Made by a program: the position numbers and the translations under genes. A stretch of DNA of 64,000 nt from contig NC_043004.1 in the NCBI RefSeq assembly GCF_006345805.1, positions 61,938,001 through 62,002,000 of the forward strand, read 5' to 3'. Positions within the stretch are counted from its first letter, which is position 1. Every line of letters starts with the position of its first letter. The notes beneath the pieces are model-generated. The model made no database searches. It was not told where the DNA came from and saw only the letters and a list, made by a program, of their open reading frames with translations. The DNA is from Octopus sinensis. Taxonomy: Eukaryota. This document shows positions 39,391-53,541 of this stretch, in pieces.

Positions 39391-40460
39391 ATCACAAAAC
39401 CTTGCAAAGCTAAGTATATATTTATATTTAAGATTTTAAAATTTTAAATTTAAATATTTTAATAAGTCTTATTGTATAATTGTTATGTAGTGATTTAGTT
39501 ATCGTAGTTTTTCATATAATTATTAGATTTTAACTCTACGTTTATTCGTAGCCAAAGAGATATATAGATCATTAATAGTAATACGATTTTTTTTTAAAGT
39601 TAGGTTTCATGTATATACATGTATTGATAGCATAAATTTTAGTCTTTAATAACTATATTTTTTGATAGTTATTTTAAATATTTTATAATTTGTTATTATA
39701 ACTTATTGCTTTTTTCAATTGATAACGTGTAGTAGGATTTTTTTCATTGATAAATATATTCGTAGTATTTATTTGATACTTTATAACTACGGATTGATTA
39801 TTTCATTAAGTATTTTATTATTTCATTTTAGTTCTTAACTATATGGTTATTAATTAGCCAACAAGATATATGGATCGTTAATTAGTTATAGCGTTCTTTT
39901 AAGATAGTTTGTTTCTTTGTTTACAATTTGCTTTTTTCATCTTTAATCTTTTAATATATATATAAGTAATAATGAATAATTCATTTATTAGGTTTTTATT
40001 ATACGTGCATATATATTTATTGATAGAGATAATTTTAGATCTTAATTTTTATATTATATACATTTATATATATTCATTGATAATTTAGTTATTATTCAAA
40101 TATTATATAATTATTTGACTTGAAATTAAATTTAATAATATCAATAGTGATTTTTTGGATTTTATTTTTAATATTTAGGTAATTAGATATTGACTATAAC
40201 TGAGATTAGATTGTTTGTGCGTTTATTATGTTTTTTAAAGCCACATTATATATGAATAGACAAATACATTTTCTATCTATTCTTACATTAAAAATTAATA
40301 CTTAAAAATTAATATTTAACATTATAATCGATTGTATGACATAATCATAATCGTTAAAGTTTCAAGTTTGATAATAGAGTTTTTTATAAGAAAAATTATT
40401 TTATTTATTTTTTAAAAAGTATTGTTTAAATATATTTGATTATCTTTTAAATATTATCAT

Positions 40461-40557
40461 TAACCTGAAGATTGACTATAACCATAATTCGAATTATTAA
40501 TTGAATTTAAATTATTGTTATTCGAATTAGGTTATGGGCATGAAACAATCGTAGTGG
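40461..40557 (+). ncRNA. Hammerhead motif with long extended stem II (copy 1)
   Basis: CTGAAGA-TTGACTATAACC-A-TAATTCGAAT-(25 nt)-ATTCGAATTA-GGTTATGGGCAT-GAAAC-AATC-GTA^GTGG. Confidence 0.75.
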
Positions 40558-41753
40558 TTTTACTTTTTATCTTATATTAAACTTTTTAATACTTTTTGAT
40601 AGTTATATATGTTTAAAAAAGATTAAATATATATATGATTAAATAAATAAAAAATAAAAATAAAAATAAAAAAATATATATAGATAGATATATATATATA
40701 AATTGATAAGTATAAATTAATACTTTAAAATTTTTAAAATTTAAATATTTTAATAAGTCTTATTGTATAATTGTTATGTAGTGATTTAGTTATCGTAGTT
40801 TTTCATATAATTATTAGATTTTAACTCTACGTTTATTCGTAGCCAAAGAGATATATAGATCATTAATAGTAATACGATTTTTTTTTAAAGTTAGGTTTCA
40901 TGTATATACATGTATTGATAGCATAAATTTTAGTCTTTAATAACTATATTTTTTGATAGTTATTTTAAATATTTTATAATTTGTTATTATAACTTATTGC
41001 TTTTTTCAATTGATAACGTGTAGTAGGATTTTTTTCATTGATAAATATATTCGTAGTATTTATTTGATACTTTATAACTACGGATTGATTATTTCATTAA
41101 GTATTTTATTATTTCATTTTAGTTCTTAACTATATGGTTATTAATTAGCCAACAAGATATATGGATCGTTAATTAGTTATAGCGTTCTTTTAAGATAGTT
41201 TGTTTCTTTGTTTACAATTTGCTTTTTTCATCTTTAATCTTTTAATATATATATAAGTAATAATGAATAATTCATTTATTAGGTTTTTATTATACGTGCA
41301 TATATATTTATTGATAGAGATAATTTTAGATCTTAATTTTTATATTATATACATTTATATATATTCATTGATAATTTAGTTATTATTCAAATATTATATA
41401 ATTATTTGACTTGAAATTAAATTTAATAATATCAATAGTGATTTTTTGGGATTTTATTTTTAATATTTAGGTAATTAGATATTGACTATAACTGAGATTA
41501 GATTGTTTGTGCGTTTATTATGTTTTTTAAAGCCACATTATATATGAATAGACAAATACATTTTCTATCTATTCTTACATTAAAAATTAATACTTAAAAA
41601 TTAATATTTAACATTATAATCGATTGTATGACATAATCATAATCGTTAAAGTTTCAAGTTTGATAATAGAGTTTTTTATAAGAAAAATTATTTTATTTAT
41701 TTTTTAAAAAGTATTGTTTAAATATATTTGATTATCTTTTTAAATATTATCAT

Positions 41754-41850
41754 TAACCTGAAGATTGACTATAACCATAATTCGAATTATTAATTGAATT
41801 TAAATTATTGTTATTCGAATTAGGTTATGGGCATGAAACAATCGTAGTGG
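41754..41850 (+). ncRNA. Hammerhead motif with long extended stem II (copy 2)
   Basis: Identical to 40461-40557. Confidence 0.75.
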
Positions 41851-42212
41851 TTTTACTTTTTATCTTATATTAAACTTTTTAATACTTTTTGATAGTTATA
41901 TATGTTTAAAAAAGATTAAATATATATATGATTAAATAAATAAAAAATAAAATAAAAATAAAAAAATATATATAGATAGATATATATATATAAATTGATA
42001 AGTATAAATTAATACTTTAAAATTTTTAAAATTTTTACATTTTATATATTTTGTATATTATATTAATTAATTTCATTTCTATGTTTTGCTTTATGTTTCT
42101 CACTGTTTGGTTTGCTTAATAGTGGTTTTATCTCTAATTTAATATATATCTATACTGCAAAATTAGATTTAATCCTAAATCTAATTTTTGGATTACTCCC
42201 TAATATTATTAT

Positions 42213-42270
<58 letters not shown>

Positions 42271-43194
42271 ATATGTATGTATGTATGTATATGTATATAT
42301 GTATATATTAAGAGAAATAGAAACCTGATGATCTTATAAATGATACTAACTCCACATATACCTGTCGATTTGTAAATCGATATGCGAAGGTGTAATTATT
42401 GTTTAACTGTAAACTATTATTTAGAGAGGAAGTTTAACTATATTATTTGATAATGGTGATGTACACATAAGTTAAATTATTACAGTTCAAATAATGAGAG
42501 GGAATATAGGGAAATATAGCGAAAGAAAGAAAAACAGACAGTAAGAAAGAAAACCAGAACGATATTTTAAAGATCTAGATTTAGAGAATCTTGGTGTATA
42601 CTCCGGATGAATACTCTGTTTGTGTGAGAGAGCAATATTCTAATCATGTAAAACAATCATATTGACATTCAAATATATTCATGATCTCAGTGAGTTTCTC
42701 TGGATTACCTTTTTTCAGCTAGGAAAATTTTAGATGAATACTTCATTTTACATAATTCCAATATTTTTCAACAATTCTCTAGTTGATGCAGCTTCTCATA
42801 AATTTTATATTTAGATCCAGATCTAATTTTCAAGCTACATTTTCTTTCTGAACGTTTCTGATAGATGGATTGTGATTCTTTTGCTTTTATCAGATTTCCT
42901 CTGAAAGCATTACTAGGGTCGAAACAACTTTCAGCTGCATAGATTTGAATTTTGCCTTATAAATACTGTTGTCTCTATTACAGTTGCAACCCAACGGGCA
43001 CTTATCCTAAAAGGATATGATACGCTCCACTAAAAGGAAATGATACGCTATACTTTTGAACTATGCCTTATACATACATACGCACATACACGCGTACACA
43101 CACGCGCACAACACACGGTCCCCTAGCCCCTACCCGTATATAAACATACGTGCTTATATATATATATATAATTTGACACTGAATTATTGGAAGT

Positions 43195-43237
43195 CCACCT
43201 GAAGATTGTCGATCAAGACAAGAAACGATTGTAGTGG
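43195..43237 (+). ncRNA. Minimal type I hammerhead in a 160-bp cassette (43170-43332) within (TA)n
   Basis: CCAC-CTGAAGA-TTGTC-GATCAA-GACAA-GAAAC-GATT-GTA^GTGG. Confidence 0.87.
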
Positions 43238-43759
43238 CGGTTTTTTTGACTATTTATTAAAATTTATGTATTAATTAAGTCTTTCCTTGTTTGTTTTGCA
43301 AAATAGTGGTTTTGTCTCGAATAATATTTTATATATATATATTATATATATATATATTATATATATATATACATTATGTGTATATATGTATAAGTGTTTA
43401 TATAAGGTATAAGTTTAGAGATGTAAACTTTAGGAGTATCCAGAGGCACTCCTGGTAAATACCTCCGTACGTATGGTCCTTGGTATAAGATATACGGACG
43501 CAGATAATTTAAAAGGGTAAACCGTAGTATAATGTGTATATAGACGATCAGAAAATAGAGGAAAACAACAAATAGAAGTTAGTTTTGGTGCTAAAAAGCC
43601 ATTATTTAATTAGTTAAGCAAGGGGAAGCTGAGAGTGAGTTACTGTGCACCATATTGGGGTAAATAAGTATTTACCGCGTTGCAAATGGTAGACGTAATC
43701 AGTACTAAGAAGGCAGAGATAGACAAAGAGGAGGATAGAGCGAAAGATAGAGACAGAAT

Positions 43760-44120
43760 ACTTCAAACGACACCCGCTAGGAAACAACAGCCACCAAACA
43801 AAAACCTAAAGGACTTACTATATAAACTGAAATTGCAAATGGGAATTATTATACACTCCGATAAAACAAGGAATTCTTACACATTGGATATACATTAATA
43901 CCACCAGCTGTTACATAAACAAATTACGAAAAAACTTACAAAATAGCACCTAACAGATCTATGAACTTAGCAGCCAAGAACATTATGAGAGACTATAACA
44001 TCGATGTGAAAACCGAACCTACATACCTACCAGACCGAGCATAACAATAAAAAACCATAAACATCATTTCTTAACAGATACATAAGTTAAAGTAATATGC
44101 CCCAATAAACCCCAAAATTG
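43760..44120 (+). pseudogene. Naiad-type PLE fragment (region N-terminal to the RT core)
   Basis: HSDKTRNSYTL..YHQLL..YKIAP..NLAAKNI..ITIKNHKHHF..KVICPNK resembles the ADKT.N.Y / T.KDHK.NF / RLINP pattern. Confidence 0.6.
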
Positions 44121-46074
44121 TCAGAATAATTAATCATTCAAGCGCTGAAAAAAGAAATACAAGAGTTAGTTATGGAGAGTATAATATATTTTGACATCTG
44201 AAAAATCTTATATTTTCACATTCGAATTTATGTTATTCAGTCAAAGCCAGGAGCAGAAAATCGGTGGCAGAGGAGAAGTCATTTCTTTTAATCCACATGG
44301 GAAAATTCTCTTTGCTGCAGCACGACAGTCAGAATCTTATGTTTCTGTACAAAAAAGCAACAGGACTAGAAGAAAACTTGTTAAATGTCTAAACGAGTTA
44401 CGTGTCAGAATGTCGGAATGTATTGCAAATCTTTTCCCATTAAATGTTTCGCACTTGATTCATTATAATTTAAGAAGTGAGACATACTGAGCCATTAAGC
44501 TGTCTATGTTTTTTCTTCTCACATGTCACTGTTTTCATTTCGATTATCTCCTCAAAATTCATTATTTTTATAACTACATTCATGTTAATTTATTTCAGAC
44601 TTTAATGTTCACTAATACACCATGGCATCGAAGCACACGTTATTCAGTTCCTTGCCTCTACAACTGTACGAGTGACAATTTCGACTTCAGGCGCCTTACT
44701 CAACTATTCCGAAACACGTGAGCTTGCTGCAGAACTTGTGTTCTTGAAAGTAAGGTCTTCTGCTGACATCACATTTAAAATGGATATTATCTGTAACAGA
44801 GAAGTGATTCTCCAGAAAGCCCATAACTTTTTGTGTTTTAAAAGTAGATGTAACCATTCAATGACAAGCCCAGAATCAAATTTTTAAAAGAATTATCACC
44901 TTCTACCACATGCGTCGTTACACCACTGCGCAAGAGGGTAATCAAACGATTTCGAGAGTATCGCAGCAGAGGTGGCTTTTAAGGAATGAATCCAAAGAAA
45001 AATAAATAGAAAGTGAAGGTAGTATTGGTAGGGAAGCATGTAGTACCGAGAGTGGAGGAGGAAAGCATGGATTCGTATGAATGATATAATAAGGTATATA
45101 AAAATATAATGTACAAAAATAAACAAGAAGATGAATAAATAAATGTATAAGCGTAAATAAGGATAGAGGAGGTGATAAAGGAAGATAACATTAAAATATA
45201 CAAAATAAAGTAAAATGAAAGGGATTCAAAGAGAATAGTAGGTACCAGTGCTATTATTCATGTTTGTTGGTGTTGGGGAGGAAATCTACTAGTATGTGTT
45301 TGTATCCGTTTTATAAATAAGGTCAATGGCTGTAAAAATATTTCTAGCTCTGGTGGTACGAGCGAGTAGGTACTCAGGAATTGAAAAACCAGTTGAAAGT
45401 TAAATGGTTTAGGAATAACAGTTGCGACTAAATATCTGGAGATTTAATAGGATAAGGTTTAAATATATACTAAAGAATTAACGGTTATCTTCTAAGGTAC
45501 TAAAGTTAATAGAAGATATACACAAGGGTATGTATTAACGAACATCGGGATATGTATGTTAGTGTTATGTGTGAGCGTGAGTTTACATTTGGATTTATGA
45601 AAGAAATTAAAGGTGCGGAAAAATTTTTGTTACACATTGTGAAGGCTTCGCTGTATTTGTTAAGCATTTGTGGTGAGTAATGGATTAAAATTTTCAGGGC
45701 TTCTTTTAGGTAGAGTCCAACAGTGGAGCACTGGCCCTGATATGAAATACCAGATACTGTTATAGCCCAGGATAATCTATATTGTATTTTTCTAATAATT
45801 AGATAGTGTTCGTGGCTTGTTAGTGATATGGAATTGCTATGCTCATCATATTCCACGTCACTAGCCAGCAATTATATATCTGCTATATCGGAAATCTACA
45901 ATTGTCCCATAATCCCGTCTCGTCTATGACCTTGGAGCCATGGTAATCCGTTACAGCACTTACCCAGCTTACCTAGACGTTTAGAAAATCTCTGTGAACA
46001 AAACCCCCATATTTTGTGTGTGAGAGTTTATGTATATATATATATATATGTATATATATACACTAAATATTGGG

Positions 46075-47235
46075 CTTGATTGGTACACCTCAGTACATGT
46101 CAGGTTCGTCATGACACAGGTCGCATATGCCGTTTAGTGTATTATATGTGTGCTCATTTTTTTAAACATTCTATTACGTATTTTATTTTTTCTTCCTTTA
46201 ATCTCCATACCTGGTCAGCTAATTATGCTGCGTGTCTCCAGCTTATCTTTCGTTAGGAGGAGATAAGTTTGAGATAGCACTCCTTAAATTGGTTTTCCGA
46301 GAATTATATGTATGCGTATTTCTCTTGTAGTGTGACAACTATGCGTTTTACTTTTCTTGACTGCATTGACTCCTGAGCAGAAATGCAGATTTCCGACAGC
46401 ATCAATTATTTGCAATAATATTATTTATGTAGTTATATGGTGAATTGTTTTTTTTTTGCGAGGCTTTAGTTGATTAGTAGCGTCTGAAGTGTCCTTGATA
46501 TTATAACCTGTTCTCTGGTTCTTTTGGTTTTTTTTTTTTGAATCGTAGTATAACTGTAGGGGTAGCTATCTATGTGTCTGTGGCCCTTATTGTATTTAGT
46601 TTTCTTATTGTTTCTACACCTTGTGTTGTTCTGATCTGTGTGCTCCTTGTCTCTGGTCGCTGTTTGCATGTATATTTTTGTTTCGTTGTATTCGGATATG
46701 TAGTACAACAAGTGGGATGTGACCTACGTTACTGGCACTCTGTGCTTGTTAAAGATACGACGTTATTTATGTGCTTTAGGGAAGCACCTATCTAACGAGA
46801 CAAGGACTTGTTTACCTGTCTTCGATGGTATTTGCGATCCGAAAATTAAGTTATGCCATTTGGACCTCGGAGTTTTTATATATTTGGTCTGGTTCCTTTA
46901 GCTTCGCTTGTGTGTTGTTGGTATTTTGTGCGTCGCGATTGCTATTAATGCTATTCTTTTAGCGTCTGTTCATTTTTTCCTATCCTTCCAATGTGTCTTG
47001 GATTTTCTCTTTTTAATTTATGTGTTGTTGTCGTGCATGTTGTATGTGTCTTCTAATTTAGATGTGTGTTTGCTAGTAATATTTAAGGCTTCGATAGGTG
47101 TGAATTTCATTTTTTCCTAATAGCCTGCTCTAGCTAGTCCTTCATTGTAGTAAAATGCATGGGGGTTGAATATTGTCTAGGTGGGTGATAGGAGAAGATA
47201 ATATTTACATATCACTCGAGGAAAGACAATTAGAT
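46075..47235 (-). pseudogene. Naiad-type PLE thumb/linker/GIY-YIG remnant
   Basis: FYYNEGLARAGY, KWHNLIFGSQI..LDRCFPKAHK*RRIFNKH, AYI*FSENQFKE, LADQVWRLKE, GICDLC. Confidence 0.7.
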
Positions 47236-47343
47236 TTCATAATTCAGGGAAACAGTTGCATAACCAAAATTGCGCGGAAAAACTTATAGCGATTAAAAAT
47301 AAATCTCCAATCGTACTCCTCCGTTTTGACTCCATTTCTTTTA

Positions 47344-47417
<74 letters not shown>

Positions 47418-47444
47418 GAACATGTAAGTGTGTGTGGACGTATA

Positions 47445-47505
<61 letters not shown>

Positions 47506-48848
47506 CAGTTTCACACACACGCATTTGAGCGCTGACCTCCTATAGGCTATAAGAGCGCATTAAAACAGGGCACGATATATTATCGCTAAAAGGGACCGTA
47601 GTCCTTAGGTTCTCTGGATAAAGGCAGAAACGCAGAGAATAGGGGACAGACAATCAGAGAGGAGTAGAGAAGATTGGAGAAGAACAATTACGATGTAAAA
47701 AGCATGGTGTAGAATGAAAAAGGTACAAAAAGTAAGAAGTTTATGGTAAATAAACAGAGAAGGACCGCGAGGCACAAATAGAAATAACTAAACAATGGTG
47801 TTTCAACGACGACAGGGAAAAGTATGGAAAAGTTAAATGATAGAGAGATGGTAAAATATAAAAGTATAAGAGAAGGCATTAGATACGTATCTAAAGAAAG
47901 CAAAATAGACGGCTAGAAACGAGAGAAGAGTATACCGCATCGAAAGCAGATCTCTGTGTGGGGTGCAATAGAGCGTGCAAGACGAAGGGGATTAGTGACA
48001 TTGCATTAAATCATGAGAATAAAACATTGCACAGGATGACATCAAAGGAAGAGAAACAACAGAAAAACAAAAGACTTGGACGCGTTGATCCATAAACCTA
48101 CCGATAAAATCTCAGGAAAATTCTTGTAGCATTATCGGTGAGTTTGTGCGTTTTGGTAGCGGCCTCAAACGCAAAACCAGCGCCAGGATATGTGAGAAAA
48201 CGAGAATGGGACCATAGAAAAAAAAACAAAAAAAAAACAGAGGCAACGAAAATCAACGACGGTTACAAAAAAGTAAATACCTAACACATGAAATGTTTTT
48301 CTATATATGATAGAAGACTTCCTCCTATACAACAGAATATAGAAGAAGCATTAATTTTGAAAACCAACTGTTAGGCATCATATTGTGTCTATTTATTTAT
48401 TTTAAAACATATTAAGGACTGTGTATTAAATAGAGACGTACCAGTAATTAATAGAATAGAAAACGAATAATTTCTGATACGTATGTAATACGTAGTCTTT
48501 ACATATGTATATATTCTCATAAATGTCTTAAAATAAATAGACATAATATAAATATTGGTTAACTATATTTGTTTCTGTATGTTTCTGTGCGTCTTTGCTT
48601 CTGTGTGTTTGTGCGTGCGTGTATGCGTCTCCCTGTGTGGTGGTACATGGTCTGGTGGGTAGGGCATTGCACTCAGGATCGTGATACCGTTATTTCAATT
48701 CGTAGACAGGAGGTGCATACCATTCTTCAGAAACTCTTTTCATGTAAATGTGCCCCGCGATACATGGGCACCTGACGTGCGGTACACCTTATGCCTCTTC
48801 AGGCAGCGTCTATGTACGGCACATATATTTACTCTCTCTCTCTCTCTC

Positions 48849-49321
48849 TTTTACTTGTTTCAGTCATTTGACTGCGGCCATGCTGAAGCACCGCCTTTAA
48901 TCGAGCAAATCGACCCCGGGACTTATTCTTTTGTAAGCCTAGTACTTATTCTATCAGTCTCCTTTTGCTGAACCGCTATGTAACGGGGACATAACACACC
49001 AGCATCGGTTGTCAAGCAATGCTAGGGGGACAAACACAGACACACAAACACACACACGCATATATATATATATATAATATATATATATATATTATATATA
49101 TCTATATATATATATCTATATATATATATATATGTATATATATATACATACATATATACGACGGACTTCTTTCAGTTTCCGTCTACCAAATCCACTCACA
49201 AGGCTTTGGTCGGCCCGAGGCTATAGTAGAAGACACTTGGCCAAGTTACCACGCAGTGGGACTGAACCCGGAACCGTGTGGTTGGTTAGCAAGCTACTTA
49301 CCACACAGCCACTCCTGCGCC
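48849..49321 (-). mobile_element. SINE family A, full length
   Basis: Reverse complement of 49511-49920 apart from the length of the internal microsatellite. Confidence 0.93.
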
Positions 49322-49426
49322 TATGTATACTATAAACAAATCATTTCGCTGATTTACGAGAGAGAGATTGGAAGAGAGAGAAAGGCAGTGTGATATATGT
49401 CTTCTCTTTATGTCGTACGTGCGTAT

Positions 49427-49510
<84 letters not shown>

Positions 49511-49920
49511 CGCAGGAGTGGCTGTGTGGTAAGTAGCTTGTTTACCAACCACATGCTTCCAGGTTCAGTCCCACTGCGTGGCACCTTGGGCAAGTGTCTT
49601 CTACTATAGCCTCGGGCCGACCAAAGCCTTGTGAATAGATTTGGTAGACGGAAACTGAAAGAACCCCGTCGTATATATGTATATATTATATATATGTGTG
49701 TGTGTGTGTGTGTGTCTGTGTTTGTCCCCCTAGCATTGCTTGACAACCGATGCTGGTGTGTTTACGTCCCCGTCACTTAGCGGTTCGGCAAAAGAGACCG
49801 ATAGAATAAGTACTGGGCTTACAAAAGAATAAGTCCCGGGGTCGAGTTGCTCGATTGAAGGCGGTGCCCCAGCATGGTCGCAGTCAAATGATTGAAACAA
49901 GTAAAAGAGTAAAAGAGTAA
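49511..49920 (+). mobile_element. SINE family A, full length with (AAAGAGT)n tail
   Basis: tRNA-like head, body and tail as in the other copies. Confidence 0.93.
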
Positions 49921-49929
49921 ATATATATA

Positions 49930-50376
49930 TATAACTCAGTGAGAGTTAGAGGGTTGTGAATCAAACCGACTAAAGGGTAGTAACTATCAAATATACTGCT
50001 GGAATTCTACCCAATTATTAATACCAAAATAGTGGTTGTTGCGTGGTAATTTCACTATTGAGCATAAAAAGTACTTTACACATAATTTATACGGCAAAAG
50101 AAAATGGAGGAGATATAGAAATTTTATACATCAACTGTTAGACATCATATTATGTCTATTTATTTATTTCAAAACATGTTAAGGACTGTGTATTAAATAG
50201 AGACGTACCAGTAATTGATAGAATAGAAACCGAATAATTTCTGATCCGTATGTATGTAATACACAGTGTTTACATATGTATATATTCTCATAAATGTCTT
50301 AAAATAAATAGACATAATATAATGTCTAACAGTTGATGTATACTACTTCTATATCCCCTCCATTTTCTTCTTGCCA
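49930..50376. repeat. Fold-back cassette (~85-bp arms, 50093-50375) with unpaired tail; partial second copy at 48365-48551
   Basis: GGCAAAAGAAAATGGAGG..CATCAACTGTTAGACAT versus ATGTCTAACAGTTGATG..CCTCCATTTTCTTCTTGCC. Confidence 0.85.
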
Positions 50377-53312
50377 TATATATATACATATATGCCTCTA
50401 AAGCAAACTTCGTTTGTTTTATTACGTTCATCGTAATTTGAATTTAAAATATATATATGTGTGTATGTGTGTGCGAGCGTGTGTGTGTGTGGTAAGTGAA
50501 AGATTCATACAGATACATACGTACATAGATATATGCATAGATATATGTAATATATTTGTAGTCAGACACACACAATATTGAATATGTTGAAAATAGATTT
50601 GTAAGTGCAACTAAATACTGATTTCTGAAATTAAAGTTGCCGTTATACATCGTCAGCTGAAACTACTTAAATAGTAAATAGAATCTGAAAACCTGACGCC
50701 ATAATGGCTTAATTAAGAACTGGACACTTAAGTGGTGTATTCCCATTAACGAATATATGTTTATTAGAGCAAGATATTTCCATGTTGATGTTAGGTTTTC
50801 AACAGAAATGTCAACTGTCACTTTTTCCTCGTCAAAGGAAATGACTTAATAATATATGCACATATTTGAGCAGTAGCTGAACGACATAAGTAGTTCAATA
50901 AGCATGCTATGCACTCATGTGTGATGTATAAACTTTCATAGACGTTCATCCGCTTAAAGTACAATGACATTTACTCATGAGTTAATCTCAACATTTATTT
51001 TACTTTACTCCCGTGTTGAAAAGTTTCCTGCGGCGATATTCTAGCAGGCATATACAACTAGCCATCAACACATCCGTTTCCATAGAAATACATATCTTTT
51101 AGATAATTATTGTCACCAGGTTTCAGCTTCTTTTTTTTTATTTTTGTAATCATTTGCTGAGAACCATAGAATTACAAAAAGCGAATGTATGTATAGTAGT
51201 GCGGGGGATTTTTGGAATGAAGTGATGGTGTGATCGGACAATAATAAATAGTTCGCATGTGAATTTGCATTATGCGTCGTGCGTTCATTTATCATGAGCA
51301 TTCGACTGCTCTGTTTTTCTTACTGTGAGATAAAATAGGGCTAACATCATTTTAGAAACGATAGTTTTTTTTACTGGAAATTTCGAGTTCTGTGTTCATG
51401 TCCTTTATTAGTTTATGATGCAAAAAACAATATGCTAGTCTTAGGTGGTGATAAACCAAAGTGTCAGAATATTGGCTCGGTACATTGTGGTCTATCATTC
51501 TCACATTGTGTTGTGGTCTGACTTCACAATCTATCGTACACTGTTTTTGGCGTGTTTTGTCCCCTATTTTAATTATAATGCTTGCTACATTAGGTACCTT
51601 AAACAGAGTCCATTCAGTTGAAACCATCCAGGTCTATCATCATTTTGAGTATAATGTTTTATTTCCCTTTGACCAGTACTGGAGGCTATGTAAAATTACT
51701 CTGTGTTGTACTGCCTCCAGAATATAAAATAAGAATACAGGAAAAGTACCCGTTGTTGTTCGCAACTGATTCTATGTCCTCCACTCGGTAAAGCAGAACA
51801 ACGAAAGCTAGTGCTACATATTCAAATAACAAGTTGTCCTCAAAATATAAGTATTTATAGAATCTCTCAGCAATTCCCAAACTCGTAATGCCGAATGATG
51901 AGTTCAGCATGGTTAGAATAGCTTTGATTTTCAGTCGGTTTAATTGCAATGGCTACAGTAAGGACCGTCTACCGTAAGAACTAAATCTTTACATCACGTA
52001 ACGAAATCTGATTGAAATGTAGGAATGCGTCGGAACATGCGACAGGTATTTGGTGTTTTAAATTCAGTGGACCGAATAATTCTCCTTATCTCCGCTCCAG
52101 AAAGACATGGAGCATGAGAAAGAAGATAGTAATACAGAGAAGAAAAGTTTCCTTCATTTCAAAATTGCTATTTTACCTCAAATCATCCCTTCTACAATAG
52201 GCACAGGAGATATAGTCGATTATATCAAGCACAGGAATCTTCGGAACTGTAAATTTAAAGACATGTCACATGCCGCTATTTTGGCCCGTTGCTAATGATT
52301 CTGCAAGATTGCCGTCTTATTTACCTGAAATAATGAAAGCAACAAAAATCATCACTCTAAAACATCTACCGACTTGTCACTTGAAACAAGTATCAGGCAT
52401 TTTATAATGTAGATTTCTTTCTAAAAATGTAACGTAAAATTTTGTATTTTAACTTTGATCTTAAACTTAACTATTATATAAATTTCTATCAAAGAATTAT
52501 ACAATTTAGCAGCTAAGAAAAATCAGAATGACCATGTTTGGGATATATCTCCATACACAAATTCAATCACAGTAAGCCAGAAACGAAAAAAGGAAGGAAA
52601 ATATCGCCGCAATACGATTAAACATAGCTGGCATATATAGCTTTGAAAAAATATCATTTACTTTGAAAAGTGTTTACATCTTTTGGATATTTAGAACAAA
52701 CCGGAAATAAAGCCAACCTAATGCGAAGTAAATTAAGACTATGAGAAAACATTTCTTTTCTTTATGAATTCTCGTAGACTATTTACAACTAAGAACACAC
52801 ATTCTATTGATTTTATTTAGATTGTATTGAAATATTTTATATAGGTCCCACATTATAATGTCAATGATATATCATCGATTACAAAACGGAAGTATATTTT
52901 CCCTTTTAATACCTTTAATACTGACAAATAATTTTCGTAAAGGAAAGATTATAGGAGTTCTAGGGTGTCGAAATATAATTGTCTGGCTCAATGTCGGTAA
53001 TCAATATTTATGTAGCTGTAATGAAGAGAAAATACATACAAGAAGTTTTTCACTTATATATGATCGACGTTACTAAACGTAATATTGTGAAAAATTTCAT
53101 CGTTTTCGTATTTCAATTCAACGAATGTTAAAAAAAAGAACAAAAAGAAAACGCCAGCAAGCAATTATAAACAAAACACCATTACACACTACGAAAGTAA
53201 TTCATAAATTCCTGATCTTTTGAAAAAAATACTCTATGAAATACTAAAGATAATTGAGGAGAGAAAGTTATTGAAAAATTTGGGAGTTATGTATTGCCTA
53301 AAGGTTTTAATC

Positions 53313-53541
53313 AAGTGGTTCCCAATCTTTTCACACTGGTCCCTAACAGTGGTTCACAACCGGGTTTAATTTAATGAGTCTTTTAATATGCTTAAACCAG
53401 ATACACACACACACAGACACACACACACACACATACATACATATATATTAAATATATATGTATTTTATATCTAGCTTACGAACCCACAGTACTACATTGC
53501 CGAATATTAGGGCTCCGGCGACGCCATGTTGGGAACCACAG
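53313..53541. mobile_element. hAT-type MITE with 8-bp target-site duplication
   Basis: Ends AAGTGGTTCCCAA / TTGGGAACCACAG, flanked by TTTTAATC at 53305-53312 and 53542-53549. Confidence 0.82.

Larger units (their letters stand above)
39430..42210 (+). mobile_element. AT-rich non-coding element: two tandem ~1.29-kb units, each with a hammerhead, then a PLE-type tail and (TA)n
   Basis: AATAAGTCTT occurs at 39461 and 40752; CTGAAGA at 40465 and 41758. The terminal 42100-42210 is homologous to 12145-12276. Confidence 0.85.

Noticed and set aside
42325-42350. CTGATGA-TCTTATAAAT-GATAC
   Set aside because: GAAA is mutated and there are no convincing stems.
45506-45871. 121-aa minus-strand ORF, possibly a PLE remnant
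   Set aside because: Similarity too vague to call by eye.
51686-51955. Possible minus-strand exon (acceptor-like TTACTGTAG, hydrophobic stretch FEYVALAFVVLLY)
   Set aside because: No recognisable domain, a weak donor and no partner exons. Cannot be supported without RNA-seq.
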